Source: a virus. From it: a stretch of DNA of 64,000 bases. Position numbers and translations under genes: made by a program. The stretch lies in the IMG/VR virus record IMGVR_UViG_3300035390_000014, positions 135,888-199,887 of that record; one strand, written 5' to 3'. Below the pieces are notes generated by a model. The model saw only the letters and a program-made list of their open reading frames with translations, had not been told where the DNA came from and did not search any database. Positions 48,074-59,551 of the stretch are shown piece by piece (within the stretch, counting starts at the first letter, position 1; every line of letters begins with the position of its first letter).

Positions 48074-49777
48074 TTACTTCATTCCTATGCTATAAAGTTT
48101 ATTATCAGTAAAGAACCTTGTTGAAACTCCACGTTTGCAAAGCTTCATTGATGAACTTAATTCTTTATCTTTAATCACTTTAACCTTTGATGAACTTGGG
48201 TTATCACTGAAGATTTCCATTTGATCATCATAAATTAAAATAACTATACCATTATCAAGCGTTACAAAATTGACTTCATTCATATCAATAGTGTTTATAA
48301 ATCGAGTAGTATACATCGCACAGGTAACAGTCCCAGTCATAATCATAAGTTTATATTCTTTATCCTTTTGATTAAAAACTGAAAATACTGCAACACCACT
48401 ATCATATTTGGCATCTAATACTTTATAGTCATCAAGTTCATCAACTCTAATTCTTATAAGGCGACTATGAACTTTATCAGGCAATGGGACTGTTACATGC
48501 TTTGCCCCAAGCAAATCCTCAACAATTACATTTTTAAATAATTGACTTGAATTTTCTGATATTGACCATACCTTTTTACTAACCAAAAGTATATTGGTTA
48601 TATGAGATGATTCTGCAAATCTTGTTTCTATAAGGTCTCCTTTATTTTTAATGTAAATAGTATTATCAACAATCATCATTTTTTCAGCAGCCATTTCAGA
48701 TCCAGGATAAACTTTGATGCTGGGCGCTAAAGATTTCAATTCAATTTCACCATCATTGATTTTAACAAGCGTTGGGATTTGTCTTAAAGGTGTATGAACC
48801 ACTTCAACATTTTCACCAACTCTATGTATCATTGAATTGCCAATGTAAATAGATTTCTTAGTTCTGGTGACAGAAATTCCATTTAAATTATTATGATCTA
48901 AAATAGTATCATCGTAATTACTATGCTCTTCAATTTTAAAGTTATCAGTTGATGTTACGACAATATATTGAACTGTAACATTAACTTCTCCAGCTCTTGA
49001 CGGAGGTAATTCTCTTTTACCTTTTTCAAATAGATTAATAAACCAATCCATATAATTAGTTGGTATCCTGCTAAAGTCCCTAACTGATTTTGCAAAAGTT
49101 GTATTTTTATTGAACACGGAAATATTCGCTCTCATTCTCTTTTCCATGTCATGTCGTTTGAAGTCTTGATGCTTTCCTTTAAAAGGATGAATACCAATAA
49201 ACAATTGACAAGCTATAATGGCGAATGAATACCAATCGGTTAATTCATTAAATGTTTTTGCAGTCCAATCTCTAATGGATGGCATTATCACTGTGGCGGG
49301 AAATGATTTGGTTTGATATGAATTAACATCAATGAAATAAGCATCCATAAAATTCTTTTCATCAACCAAATAATTCAATTCATTACCATCTACCTGAATA
49401 CATTTAGCGGCATGTATTTCTTTTATTGTATCTTGCATCCTGGAGATTAAAGCAATGATTGTGTCGTTTGAAATGTTATTTTGGTTTATAAACGTGTTTG
49501 TAAACAGTTTACATAAAGGGGTAACGTTATCAATGAAATCCATTGTAAAACCAACCCTAACCCCCTTAGAGTCGCTAATTATATCTTTAGGGATTAATAC
49601 CTTGGGATGTTTTATCTCTTGAAGTTCATAAATCTTTCCGTCGGGAATCATCTCAGAAGGGTTATGATATATTTTATATATTGTTTTGTTCCTTCTATAT
49701 ATCTTAGCTTCTCCGCCCGATGTTACAAAGTCGTTACCAACGATTTTGACTTTTTGTCCTTTGATAGTATAATCCAT
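48074..49777 (-). CDS. Ser/Thr kinase-like protein (TerY-P type)
   Basis: GGEA.IY, YKIYH, D.N..N.LV, FID..SYQ, DWYSFA and GIHPFKG motifs. Confidence 0.8.
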   Translation of the reverse strand: MDYTIKGQKVKIVGNDFVTSGGEAKIYRRNKTIYKIYHNPSEMIPDGKIYELQEIKHPKVLIPKDIISDSKGVRVGFTMDFIDNVTPLCKLFTNTFINQNNISNDTIIALISRMQDTIKEIHAAKCIQVDGNELNYLVDEKNFMDAYFIDVNSYQTKSFPATVIMPSIRDWTAKTFNELTDWYSFAIIACQLFIGIHPFKGKHQDFKRHDMEKRMRANISVFNKNTTFAKSVRDFSRIPTNYMDWFINLFEKGKRELPPSRAGEVNVTVQYIVVTSTDNFKIEEHSNYDDTILDHNNLNGISVTRTKKSIYIGNSMIHRVGENVEVVHTPLRQIPTLVKINDGEIELKSLAPSIKVYPGSEMAAEKMMIVDNTIYIKNKGDLIETRFAESSHITNILLVSKKVWSISENSSQLFKNVIVEDLLGAKHVTVPLPDKVHSRLIRIRVDELDDYKVLDAKYDSGVAVFSVFNQKDKEYKLMIMTGTVTCAMYTTRFINTIDMNEVNFVTLDNGIVILIYDDQMEIFSDNPSSSKVKVIKDKELSSSMKLCKRGVSTRFFTDNKLYSIGMK

Positions 49778-50668
49778 TTACCAATCCTCATGAAAACAAC
49801 CTATAGAAAGGTCATCATCATTTATAAAACCTTTCTTAAGATATTCTTTCATTACCTTTTTAACACGTCTACTTAAAAAGGCACCCTTAGTCAATTTGAA
49901 ATTCATCATTGATGAAACGACATCTTTATAATTGAGTTCATTTTCTTCTGGTGTTAATGTTTGCTCAATAATCTTTGGCATCTCAGTTATAGAACCTTTC
50001 GGACTATCATTCATAACTACATATCTTAATTCATTGTATAATTTCTTATACTGAATTTCTCGATTAAATACGAATGACTCAACTCCATCACTTGCTATAA
50101 AGAGATCCTGTACTTCGTCTTCATGTATATGAATATCAAAACAATCCATACTTTGCCCTCTTAAATATTCACCTTTTTCAGTTTCAAAGAAAGCAGCCAC
50201 ATTAGAATTTTTATAATTTTCAAACCCATCAATTTGATATCTCAAATAAGCCGGAGCATTTGGTTTATATATCATTCTTCTGATATTTACGTTACCATTG
50301 GGTTGTTTCCAACACAAAACACCATCACCATACATATATACATGATAATATTTACCAAATTTATATGCAATAATTAATGTTGCATCAAGACTATCAACCT
50401 TAGTATAAAACCTAGATTGAGTTTTCAAAGCATCAATAATTATACGTTCTCCCATTGCGTCAGGATATAAATCTGGAAGACGACTTTGATGCTCTTTTAA
50501 ATATTTCAATGCTGTATGACATAAAATCCTTGCCCCAATATCACTATCCTTTGCTTGAGAACAACCATCAGCAAGAATAATATATGGACAAGGATTACTT
50601 CCAGATAAGATATAATCTTGACATATGTCATGACTATGTCCTATCTTTAAAAAAGTATCAAGATTCAT
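49778..50668 (-). CDS. PP2C-like phosphatase
   Basis: G.SH..CQDY, ADGCS, ATL, GDG, ASDG and DDLS motifs. Confidence 0.85.
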   Translation of the reverse strand: MNLDTFLKIGHSHDICQDYILSGSNPCPYIILADGCSQAKDSDIGARILCHTALKYLKEHQSRLPDLYPDAMGERIIIDALKTQSRFYTKVDSLDATLIIAYKFGKYYHVYMYGDGVLCWKQPNGNVNIRRMIYKPNAPAYLRYQIDGFENYKNSNVAAFFETEKGEYLRGQSMDCFDIHIHEDEVQDLFIASDGVESFVFNREIQYKKLYNELRYVVMNDSPKGSITEMPKIIEQTLTPEENELNYKDVVSSMMNFKLTKGAFLSRRVKKVMKEYLKKGFINDDDLSIGCFHEDW

Positions 50669-51517
50669 TGGTGACTCCTTAATAAATTAACCTACTTAAA
50701 CCCGTCCAAAATGCTACCCATCCAATAACACCAAAAATTACTTTACCCATGAACGCCCACAAGGTTCTCCATTGTACATCAGTCATTAAGTGCCTTCATT
50801 ACATCTTTGATATTGTATTCATCAATTTGCTGAAAACATTTATCACCGATAACTATTTCAACATCAAATTCAACTCCATTTTCATCAAAATAAGTTATCT
50901 TTGCTTCTTGTGGAGATGCATGAAATTGTTCATTGGTAATATCCCATCCAACCAAATCAGAATATATATCCTCTGCATATTCTCTTTTAAGGTCTACTCC
51001 CCTTAACCGAACTGCTTTCATAATTGCATCATCTGAATATCTATCACCTGACATAACCCACGGAGTTATATAGACTAGAATGTCTTCCCAGATATCACCA
51101 CATGCTTTATAGTCTTTTGTTTCTTCTTCGTAATGGTCGCCATCACCAGACATATTCTTTGTGGTTAACATCCAAATATTCTTTGTTTTTGGAACTTTTA
51201 TTCTTGAGCTTTTTTTAAATGTAATAGATTTCATGGTTACTCCTTTTTTTCTTTGTTTGAAAGATTTATATTGAATGTTTCAGATGATGCTCCATCAGTT
51301 GGATCTTCATTAATCTCACCAAGATGCCATAACAGTGCTTTACCAGCTATGGTAATTTCTTTGTCCTGTGTTGCCAATCCTTGTTGAACAAGATCCCATC
51401 CACAATTTGGATATGAGAACATTGGTGGAAATTTGCCATATTTAGTAAAAGCAAGACACCCTTTAAGCATTGCAATTTGATCTTTTTGTTTTATAACATC
51501 TGTCATTTTTATTTTCC

Positions 51518-51799
51518 TTATTTACATGGTAATGGTTTAAGATCACCCCATGTATCTGGTTGATTGGCAATCCAATACATTCTTCCATTTATTTCAATTA
51601 CCTGGTTTCCGGCTATACATTTAATCCCATGCAAAACATTTTCTTTATATTCAATAATTTTTGGAGTGGGAATCTCTACAACTTCCTCAGTATAATTTTC
51701 ATCTACAGAGTTATCTCTATGTTTAATAACTTGTGGAATAGCAATTGCAGCAAGAATTCCAATAATTACTATTCCAATTAGATATTCTATAATATTCAT
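51518..51799 (-). CDS. Type IV pilin N-terminus-like protein
   Basis: MNIIEYLIGIVIIGILAAIAIPQ resembles the mature pilin alpha1-N (FTLIEL..V.AIIGILAAIAIP). Confidence 0.65.
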   Translation of the reverse strand: MNIIEYLIGIVIIGILAAIAIPQVIKHRDNSVDENYTEEVVEIPTPKIIEYKENVLHGIKCIAGNQVIEINGRMYWIANQPDTWGDLKPLPCK

Positions 51800-51856
51800 T
51801 TTTACCTCCGGTAAAATTTGGGGATCCCGATAATATCTGGGACCCCCAAGATTAAA

Positions 51857-52594
51857 TTAGAATGTTAGGTTCTGGGAAGGACCTCCAGTACCAAGGTTCT
51901 GACTCTGAGAAGAAATGGACTGACTAACAAATCCAAATACTTTAGCCGCCTGTGCAGAGGTCATACCACCAACATCAACAAATTGATCAAGACCAATATC
52001 CTTGACAAAAGCATCAAGGTAATCTCTAATCTCAGATGCATAAGATGATTTGGTATCATAGAATCCAATAACAATGATCTTAACAGATTCAAGAATTTCT
52101 TTCATCTTAATTTCTTCAATCTTATCAACTATGGATTGAGCTCCAAGAGTTGAAGCATTGTCCATACCATCAGTATAAACAAATACTATTCCATTGGTAC
52201 CGATATCAGATTTATCCAGGACTTCTGCATATTTCTGAATTGCAGCAAGACCATTGAACACAGCATCATAAAGACATGTAGACCCACCAATTGACTGGGA
52301 GGGTTTGTAATCATCTTCATCAATTTCCATAACCGGTTTAAATCCATGATCTTCTTCAATCCTGGACCCGAACTTTGTATAGTGAATCATCAGTTTATCA
52401 GCACGAGGACTTTTCTTACATGCCTGATTTACCAATTTCTTTCCATCACACATAATACCACGTACACCATTTGTTGAAGGACTTACATCCTCGGCAATTG
52501 ATACCAGTGTGTATTCATCTTCAGGGTTTGCCATATCTTCAGGGTCAACTCCAGAAAAACCAAAAGCATTATTCTCAGGTATTTCAAATTTCAT
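51857..52594 (-). CDS. vWA domain protein (TerY-like)
   Basis: DVSPS, GST.LYDA, TDGMDNAS and FVSQSISSQS motifs. Confidence 0.75.
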   Translation of the reverse strand: MKFEIPENNAFGFSGVDPEDMANPEDEYTLVSIAEDVSPSTNGVRGIMCDGKKLVNQACKKSPRADKLMIHYTKFGSRIEEDHGFKPVMEIDEDDYKPSQSIGGSTCLYDAVFNGLAAIQKYAEVLDKSDIGTNGIVFVYTDGMDNASTLGAQSIVDKIEEIKMKEILESVKIIVIGFYDTKSSYASEIRDYLDAFVKDIGLDQFVDVGGMTSAQAAKVFGFVSQSISSQSQNLGTGGPSQNLTF

Positions 52595-52606
52595 ATTTAT
52601 ATCTCC

Positions 52607-53410
52607 TTATGCAAGAAATTTATCGCTCGTTGTAATGTTGCCACCAGCTGCTTTAAAATCAGCAATGAAAGAATCACCAAGATTTTCAAATCCGGTTACA
52701 TTTGACATTGTATCTTCAAGAAGATAAAGTTTCTTGATATACACTGGATCAGAGAAGTTTTCCATGATATCCCTGACTGTATTGGCAACACAATGACTTT
52801 TGGCTTGACCAGCAATTCCAACAATATCAGCTTCCTCAAGAGGTTCGATAAGACCTTTATTATTCAATCCAGTTGTTGAATCTTCTGGATCTACGACCTC
52901 AGCTTTAACAGCAGAGTAATGTTCAGTCTTAAAGTTAGACCCTTTTGTAATTGGTCTAAAACTTCTATAGGTTTCTCTTTCCCATTTATGAATTGCAGCC
53001 ATAATGGTAGGAGTCATCGCCCATCCAGGAGTTCCAATAAGACAATGGTAAGGCCAAATTACAAGAGGGTATCTTCCACCATCTTCAAGTGCTTGGGTAT
53101 AATGAAGTGCCCATAATCTCAAATTTGGATCCATTGGAATGATATCACCATTGTCAACATCTGCATATGTAATCAAATCAAATGGATTAACCGGGGCACC
53201 ATCTTTTCTAATCCAAAACATGGGGTGGAAAATCTGATACTGACTATGACTATCAAAAGTCACATAAATCTTTTTGAGCCTTTCCATCAATCTTTCAATC
53301 ATCGTGGCTGTTCTAATGGAGTCTTCAACTGCACCTGGAACAAAGAGTGTTCCCCAATCTGCATTACAAAAGTCTTCCTGCGGGTCAATAATCAATAATC
53401 TTGCGTCCAT
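52607..53410 (-). CDS. pncA: Nicotinamidase/isochorismatase-family hydrolase
   Basis: IIDPQEDF, DSH, WPYHC..GT.G, KG and SHCV motifs. Confidence 0.75.
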   Translation of the reverse strand: MDARLLIIDPQEDFCNADWGTLFVPGAVEDSIRTATMIERLMERLKKIYVTFDSHSQYQIFHPMFWIRKDGAPVNPFDLITYADVDNGDIIPMDPNLRLWALHYTQALEDGGRYPLVIWPYHCLIGTPGWAMTPTIMAAIHKWERETYRSFRPITKGSNFKTEHYSAVKAEVVDPEDSTTGLNNKGLIEPLEEADIVGIAGQAKSHCVANTVRDIMENFSDPVYIKKLYLLEDTMSNVTGFENLGDSFIADFKAAGGNITTSDKFLA

Positions 53411-54231
53411 TTTTAAATCTCCTTTAAACTTGTTTTTTCAAGTTTAATTTAATTAATAATTCTAACTTTTCATTAGTTCTATGATAGTTTGTATTCAGAT
53501 TTATATAAGCATCATCATACCCACCACCGCCACAATCAAATTCACAAATAAGAAATAAATTTAATAAAGCATACATACCACCCATCTTCCTACTATCACC
53601 AGAATATTGAGCAATATAATATACTCCATCTTCCTTTAATTCTTTAATTGCATCATAAAGTTCAACTCCAGCTTCTTCAACAATATCATCAATATCTTCT
53701 TCAAGACTACATGCATACTCTTTTAAATATTGTTGATAAGATTTTTTGTCTTCTTTACAATAGGTAAATGTAAAATAATCAGGTATATAAAAAACTCGAG
53801 CAGTTGCTCCACTCATTTTTTCTCCTTTAAATTAAGCTATCTTTTCTAATTTTACATCACATGGTGAATAATAAATAAACCCATTTTCAAACACCCTTGA
53901 ATAATAATATTCAGAACTTCCCATTAACACATAATTGAGATCCATAACAATATCAAGGATCTCTTCTGGTTCAGTTTCTCCTTTATTTATTAAAGGTTTA
54001 TCAGAGGCATATTTTATTACAATATCCTGTGCTTTATCTTCATTACCTTCATTGAAATTACCAATTCCACCATCACCATTATTACATGAAACAAAGATAT
54101 CTTTACACATTTGAAGTACAGCTAATGCATAATCTTTATTGTCAACTGTTATGGTTCTGGTTCTATAGTTATCACCATCATTTTCCCATGAAGTGATACT
54201 AATAGTATAACCCTTTTTTACTGCAAGTATT

Positions 54232-56055
54232 TCATCCAATATCAATACCTCCAAATAATTCATCAATACCAACTATTTTAATTCCTTTCTTTTTAGCTGA
54301 TTTTGTTTTGTTAGATTCCTTTGTGGGGTCAGCAACTACCAATATCTGAGTATCTTTACTAACCTTGTCCATGATCTCATACCCACCTTTCGCTCGCAAT
54401 AACTCATAGTAGACAGATTTCTTCTCAGGAAATTTGCCAGTGAAACATACCTTAATAAAGTCATCATAATTTTGGACAACTTCTTTCTTTTTCTCAGGAA
54501 GTAATTTACCAAGTTCCTCTAAATATTTATAATTTTTATAAATTCCATCAATGATAGCCATTCCTCTTTCTTTTCCAATGTTTGGAAGAGCTTCTAATTC
54601 TGTTATGTGCATTCCTGATAGTTGAAGCAGACTTCTTTCAGCCAAAAGATCTTTACTAAGAGAACGACCAATACCAGGAATATTTAAAGCTGCAAGCAAT
54701 TGCCACTCAAACACTCCAAGACCTTTCACTTTACTAATTTCATAATAAAGATTGTTAGCAGAAGTTTTTCCAAAACGAGGCATTGACTCAATTTGAGCTA
54801 ATGATAAGTTGAAAATATCAATGAGATTCTCAACACCCAAGCTATCCATCATCTTTTGAATAGTTGGTTTACCAAGTCTATCAATACCAATTCTAATTAC
54901 AGCATCAGACAATTTATTTAAAAGCTTTCCTGGACACTCACTATTGGAACAAGTCAACTGAGGGTCCACATATGTCAATTCAGACCCGCATACAGGACAT
55001 GGGGGTATCACAATCGGTGTTCTATTGTCACCAGGTTTAGAATCAGAGATATAAGGAATAACATCTCCAGCCCGTTCAACTTTAACATGATCGCCAATAT
55101 GAAGATCTCTATCAAGAATATTTTTCCAGTTATGCAAAGAAGGACTTGCAATTGAGGCGCCACTTATTTCAACAGGATCAATTTTTCCAACAGGGGTAAT
55201 ATCATGTTTACCAGGACTGAACTCAATATCTCTTAACACCGACCATTCAAAAGGATTTTCAAATTTGAATGCAATTGCTGATTTAAGATGATGACTTGTT
55301 GCTCCAAGAGATTTAGCATAATCATTATCTGCAACTCTAACAACAATACCATCAACCGGAAAGTTCATTCCTTTAACATCTTCAACAAGGTTTACCCATA
55401 AACTTTCGCCCATGGCTTGAAGTTCAGTAAATGTGTAATCAGTATAAACATATTCAAAGTCAACAAATGCAAGAATCTTTACTGGCGTCATATCATCACG
55501 ACTTAAGATACCACCAACAGCATTTCTTTCATTCTTATAATTTTCACCACTTTTTCTGGTGATGGTTCCTTTGATTTCCTGAAACTTTGATTTTGTAAAA
55601 AGTATTTCTCCTCTCACATTATCATTATCATGATTTTTCAAAATATTCATAAAAGCAAGTTTGTCAGTTATATCTTCTCCAATCTCACCATCACCCCTTG
55701 TTGCTAGAACTCCATCCATTAACTGACCAGACACACCGTCAAGTTTTGGCATGACTCTGAATACTTCTTCTAATGTCCTTGCATTTTTTGAACACCACTT
55801 AATAATTTCATTATATGAATAAGCTTTATCCAAACTGAGCATCTTAACTGAATGGGTAATCTTGCTGGACGAATCAACTTTTGGTGTACGAACCTCTTTT
55901 AAATATTCGTTGTCAGGTTCAATTTTCAAAAGTCTATTTACAATTTGATCATATTCAGGATCATTTATAAGGGGTTTATTTAAAACCCAATATGAATGGT
56001 CATGAGCTTTAATTTCATTTTCAATTTGAATTGCTTCTGCAGTCCTTTTTGTCAT
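54232..56055 (-). CDS. ligA: NAD-dependent DNA ligase
   Basis: MLSLDK, KLDG, TRGDG..GED, RGE, DG.V, RAGDVIP, zinc finger, HhH and BRCT motifs. Confidence 0.95.
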   Translation of the reverse strand: MTKRTAEAIQIENEIKAHDHSYWVLNKPLINDPEYDQIVNRLLKIEPDNEYLKEVRTPKVDSSSKITHSVKMLSLDKAYSYNEIIKWCSKNARTLEEVFRVMPKLDGVSGQLMDGVLATRGDGEIGEDITDKLAFMNILKNHDNDNVRGEILFTKSKFQEIKGTITRKSGENYKNERNAVGGILSRDDMTPVKILAFVDFEYVYTDYTFTELQAMGESLWVNLVEDVKGMNFPVDGIVVRVADNDYAKSLGATSHHLKSAIAFKFENPFEWSVLRDIEFSPGKHDITPVGKIDPVEISGASIASPSLHNWKNILDRDLHIGDHVKVERAGDVIPYISDSKPGDNRTPIVIPPCPVCGSELTYVDPQLTCSNSECPGKLLNKLSDAVIRIGIDRLGKPTIQKMMDSLGVENLIDIFNLSLAQIESMPRFGKTSANNLYYEISKVKGLGVFEWQLLAALNIPGIGRSLSKDLLAERSLLQLSGMHITELEALPNIGKERGMAIIDGIYKNYKYLEELGKLLPEKKKEVVQNYDDFIKVCFTGKFPEKKSVYYELLRAKGGYEIMDKVSKDTQILVVADPTKESNKTKSAKKKGIKIVGIDELFGGIDIG

Positions 56056-57011
56056 TCTGTTCTCCTTATATATCTTCTATTGGTATAAACCATGTTTGCC
56101 AGGTAGACCCATAAACATGCTTTTTTAATTTATGTACTGATAAATTTTCAGGTATATTTTTAATCTTTTTATATTCTCCCATACCAACTCTATCTAATAC
56201 TTTAGCTAATGTTAAATATCTTCTATATTGATCAACTGTAGTTTGGCATGCAGTAATACCACCTTCTACAACTTCAATAGTATATACACATGATAATAAA
56301 TCATGCCTATTAAATAAAGCATTACGATCTAAGTTATTAATATAACTTCTTAATAAATGCCAGATCGGTTCATTGCGATGGGTTCTAATTCTAATTGCTT
56401 GTTCATGATACATACCCGGTTTCAATGTTAACAATTGTTTCTTTTCACAATTAACTCCTCTAGCTCGAGAAAACATATTATGCTCCAATCAATTCCTTTT
56501 CAATTTTGGTTAATACATTATGCCAAGCATCATGTGAGGATGCTACAATTTTTGATAGTGTTTCTAAAACTTTTCTTCTTTCTTTGGTTGAATCTATTTC
56601 ATAAACTTTGTCACCAAGAAAATCTGAAAGAAAACCTTCATCATTCCATAGAACATCTGCGAAAGCTCCAGTTTTATCTCGGATATTTTTATCTTCCATA
56701 ATACCGACTAATTTTTTATCGGTATCATTCATTGGATAGAAATCACCTTCAATGTAATCATCAACTTGAGCATCAGCACTTTCACCAGCAGCAGTTTCAA
56801 CATATTTCTTAATTTCAGCAGCGTTCATTCTTCTTACATCTCCTTTTAATTATATGGTATAATTTTTAATAAATTATTTAATACCAACAGACTTCCCAAT
56901 CCCAGAAAGAATGGAATAACTTTAAATATAATACTTGATTTTATATTATCAGTATGCATAATTAATGAACCACCAATCAAATAAATTCCAATTATAATCA
57001 AAGTTACAATA

Positions 57012-57692
57012 TTAAATATTTCCATCTTCAATCTCCTTTTCTGGCAACCAACACCACCATCTATCAATTGCCCATCTCGACATACTTAAAGCAGTCCATT
57101 TAGTTTTATCATACAATACTCCAGTTTTATAATAATGCCAATGACCAAAGTACCACAATTTAGGTTTATAAATATCCCATAGTTGAGACAAAGCTAAATT
57201 GGATGGTTCATAGTCCTTACCACTATAATGCTTAATCATTTCAGGGACCAATTCATAAGGACATGTATGAGTTATAAAAATATCAATTTCCATATCAGGT
57301 AAATTCATCATATCACCCTGATTAATTGTTTCTTCTGGAAACCAATCAATACCAACCGTCCTTAAATGTTTATCTATACTATGAGCACCTCCCATAAATA
57401 AAATATTTCTACCATCTGGTAATGTATATGTAGAACCCCTTGGCATATAAATAATACCTGGTTCTATTTCATCATTTTTTCTTTGTTGTAATGACCAATG
57501 ATCCTCATGATTTCCATCACACCATAATAACTTAGCGCCAGCGAGTTTTATATTAGAAAATTGAACACCTTTTTGATTTGGCCAATATCCAAAATCTCCG
57601 CAAGCAATAATTAAATCTGGTTTTCTGCGATTAATGAGAATATTCAATTTTCCGAACTCACCATGAACATCTCCTACTATCATTATTTTCAT
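57012..57692 (-). CDS. Calcineurin-like metallophosphoesterase
   Basis: GDVHG, GDFG, GNHE, TH and FGHWH motifs. Confidence 0.9.
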   Translation of the reverse strand: MKIMIVGDVHGEFGKLNILINRRKPDLIIACGDFGYWPNQKGVQFSNIKLAGAKLLWCDGNHEDHWSLQQRKNDEIEPGIIYMPRGSTYTLPDGRNILFMGGAHSIDKHLRTVGIDWFPEETINQGDMMNLPDMEIDIFITHTCPYELVPEMIKHYSGKDYEPSNLALSQLWDIYKPKLWYFGHWHYYKTGVLYDKTKWTALSMSRWAIDRWWCWLPEKEIEDGNI

Positions 57693-58363
57693 ATAATCCC
57701 CTTTAATTTTAAATAAGAAGATACTGTATCAGGTACTAATTTAGATATATCTTTTCCTTCTGTAATCATTGATCTAATCATAGTTGAAGATATATTAGTT
57801 TTAGGAGTTTCTATAATATAAATATCTGGATCTCCAGACTCAGCATTTTCAAACATTTCCACACAATCTGGATGATCAATTGATGCATATCCAGGACCAA
57901 ATTTATCCAATAAATATGAAGAATATTTATCTGAATCATATTGATCTTCTCTTATCATGACAATAAGACCATCTATATAACTAGAAAAGTTTTTATATTG
58001 CTGCCATTCATGAATAGTGAAAAATGAATCTGAACCTAATATAAAAAACAATTCATCATCTAAATTATATTCATGATCCAAATGTTTTAATAAATCATAT
58101 GTTTCATTAGGAACATCACTATCTACTTCAAATGTTGATAATGAAAATGAATTATTTTTTAATACATCCATATCACCCAAAGTATATGCAACCATAACAT
58201 ATCTATCAAGTTTATTTAACAAAATACAATTTTTATGAAATGGTTGTCCTGATGGAACAACTATAATTTCATCAACTATGTTTAAGTTTCTGATATATGT
58301 TATAACATCTATATGACCATTATGTAGAGGGTTGAATGTTCCTCCAAAAATACCTCGTTTCAT
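57689..58363 (-). CDS. nadD: Nicotinate-nucleotide adenylyltransferase
   Basis: GIFGGTFNPLHNGH, P.HK, ILGSD.F...W and ISSTMIR motifs. Confidence 0.92.
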   Translation of the reverse strand: MKRGIFGGTFNPLHNGHIDVITYIRNLNIVDEIIVVPSGQPFHKNCILLNKLDRYVMVAYTLGDMDVLKNNSFSLSTFEVDSDVPNETYDLLKHLDHEYNLDDELFFILGSDSFFTIHEWQQYKNFSSYIDGLIVMIREDQYDSDKYSSYLLDKFGPGYASIDHPDCVEMFENAESGDPDIYIIETPKTNISSTMIRSMITEGKDISKLVPDTVSSYLKLKGII

Positions 58364-58613
58364 TATTTTTCTCCTTACCACATATCTTTATGAGCATCCC
58401 ACCCTGGACCTTCATAATCAATTTCATCACGTTCCCTTCTTTGACTCATATTTATAAAAGCTTTATACTGTCCTGTTTGTTTTTCTTGCCATCTAGCTTT
58501 ACATGACTTAGAATAAAACAAACCCCAACCTCTATTTATATCCGCAACGCGAACCATTTTCTTTTTACCGCAACCACATTTGCAAGTTATCTCTTTTGTC
58601 TTACCTCTAACGG

Positions 58614-59048
58614 TCATTTTTTGAATACCTCCGCCATTAATTCACCTCTAATCTGCATTAGAATATTACCTAATACATTATGTTTATCTTTTTTGAAGCA
58701 TTTGTCACATGAACATGATCCCCAAAAATTATCATGCCATCTATTCCCTTCGATCAATTTTGTTGGGAAAGTATCAATCAATTTTGTTTTTAAAGTTAAA
58801 TCTTTAAACTTTTCTCTAACCAAATCTGACATAACCTGAATTTTAATTTTTTCCCAATCTTTTCTTAATGGAGCTTTTTGTCCAAGACGTTTAGCTTTAC
58901 CTGGAGTTAGAGTATTAAGAATAGCGGTTCTCCATCCAAGATCAAGAGTTTTAGAAGCTTGGTACATATGCTCAACTGTTGATCCATCTTCTCCTACAAA
59001 GAAATTACTTAAAAATTCATAATTACCACTAAATGAATCAATCGTCAT
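58614..59048 (-). CDS. NADAR (YbiA-like) protein
   Basis: FLSNF, EH.YQA.K, AKRLG, EGN.WHD.FWG and N.LG.ILM..R motifs. Confidence 0.88.
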   Translation of the reverse strand: MTIDSFSGNYEFLSNFFVGEDGSTVEHMYQASKTLDLGWRTAILNTLTPGKAKRLGQKAPLRKDWEKIKIQVMSDLVREKFKDLTLKTKLIDTFPTKLIEGNRWHDNFWGSCSCDKCFKKDKHNVLGNILMQIRGELMAEVFKK

Positions 59049-59433
59049 GATCTTTTCTCCCTGCACATTTAGTACATATAGTTTTAACCCAACCTACTGT
59101 TTGTCCAACATCTTTAGTAGAACCACATACTTCACAAATATTCATTGACATACTTTCAGCAAAGTCTATTTGACCTCTTTGATAATCATCAGAAGCATTT
59201 ACATAAAATCTTAATCCTCCAAATTTTTCTTTAACTTGGATAGCTTCAACTTGAGGATATTCATTTTTATCAGTATTAAATTGAAGACATTCACATAATT
59301 TATCTATCAACATATACCAACCATCGTCGCATTCTAATCCCCAACACAATGATGTTTTGGTAGAAGGTAAATCTTTTTGAATAAATATCTTTGGGTATTT
59401 CTTAAATAATTTTTCTGTTAATTCATGATTCAT
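59038..59433 (-). CDS. Conserved hypothetical phage protein
   Basis: GW..LI, QVKEKFGGLRFY, CEVCG and GW..T.C motifs. Confidence 0.7.
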   Translation of the reverse strand: MNHELTEKLFKKYPKIFIQKDLPSTKTSLCWGLECDDGWYMLIDKLCECLQFNTDKNEYPQVEAIQVKEKFGGLRFYVNASDDYQRGQIDFAESMSMNICEVCGSTKDVGQTVGWVKTICTKCAGRKDHDD

Positions 59434-59551
59434 TTTTTAAACTCCTTTTATTAGTATTTTAAATATGTTCCTATATATGTCGATATGTTCCTTTATTAGA
59501 ACATATTATAAATTAAATGTTATCAATTTATGAATCAAGGAGGACACAGAT

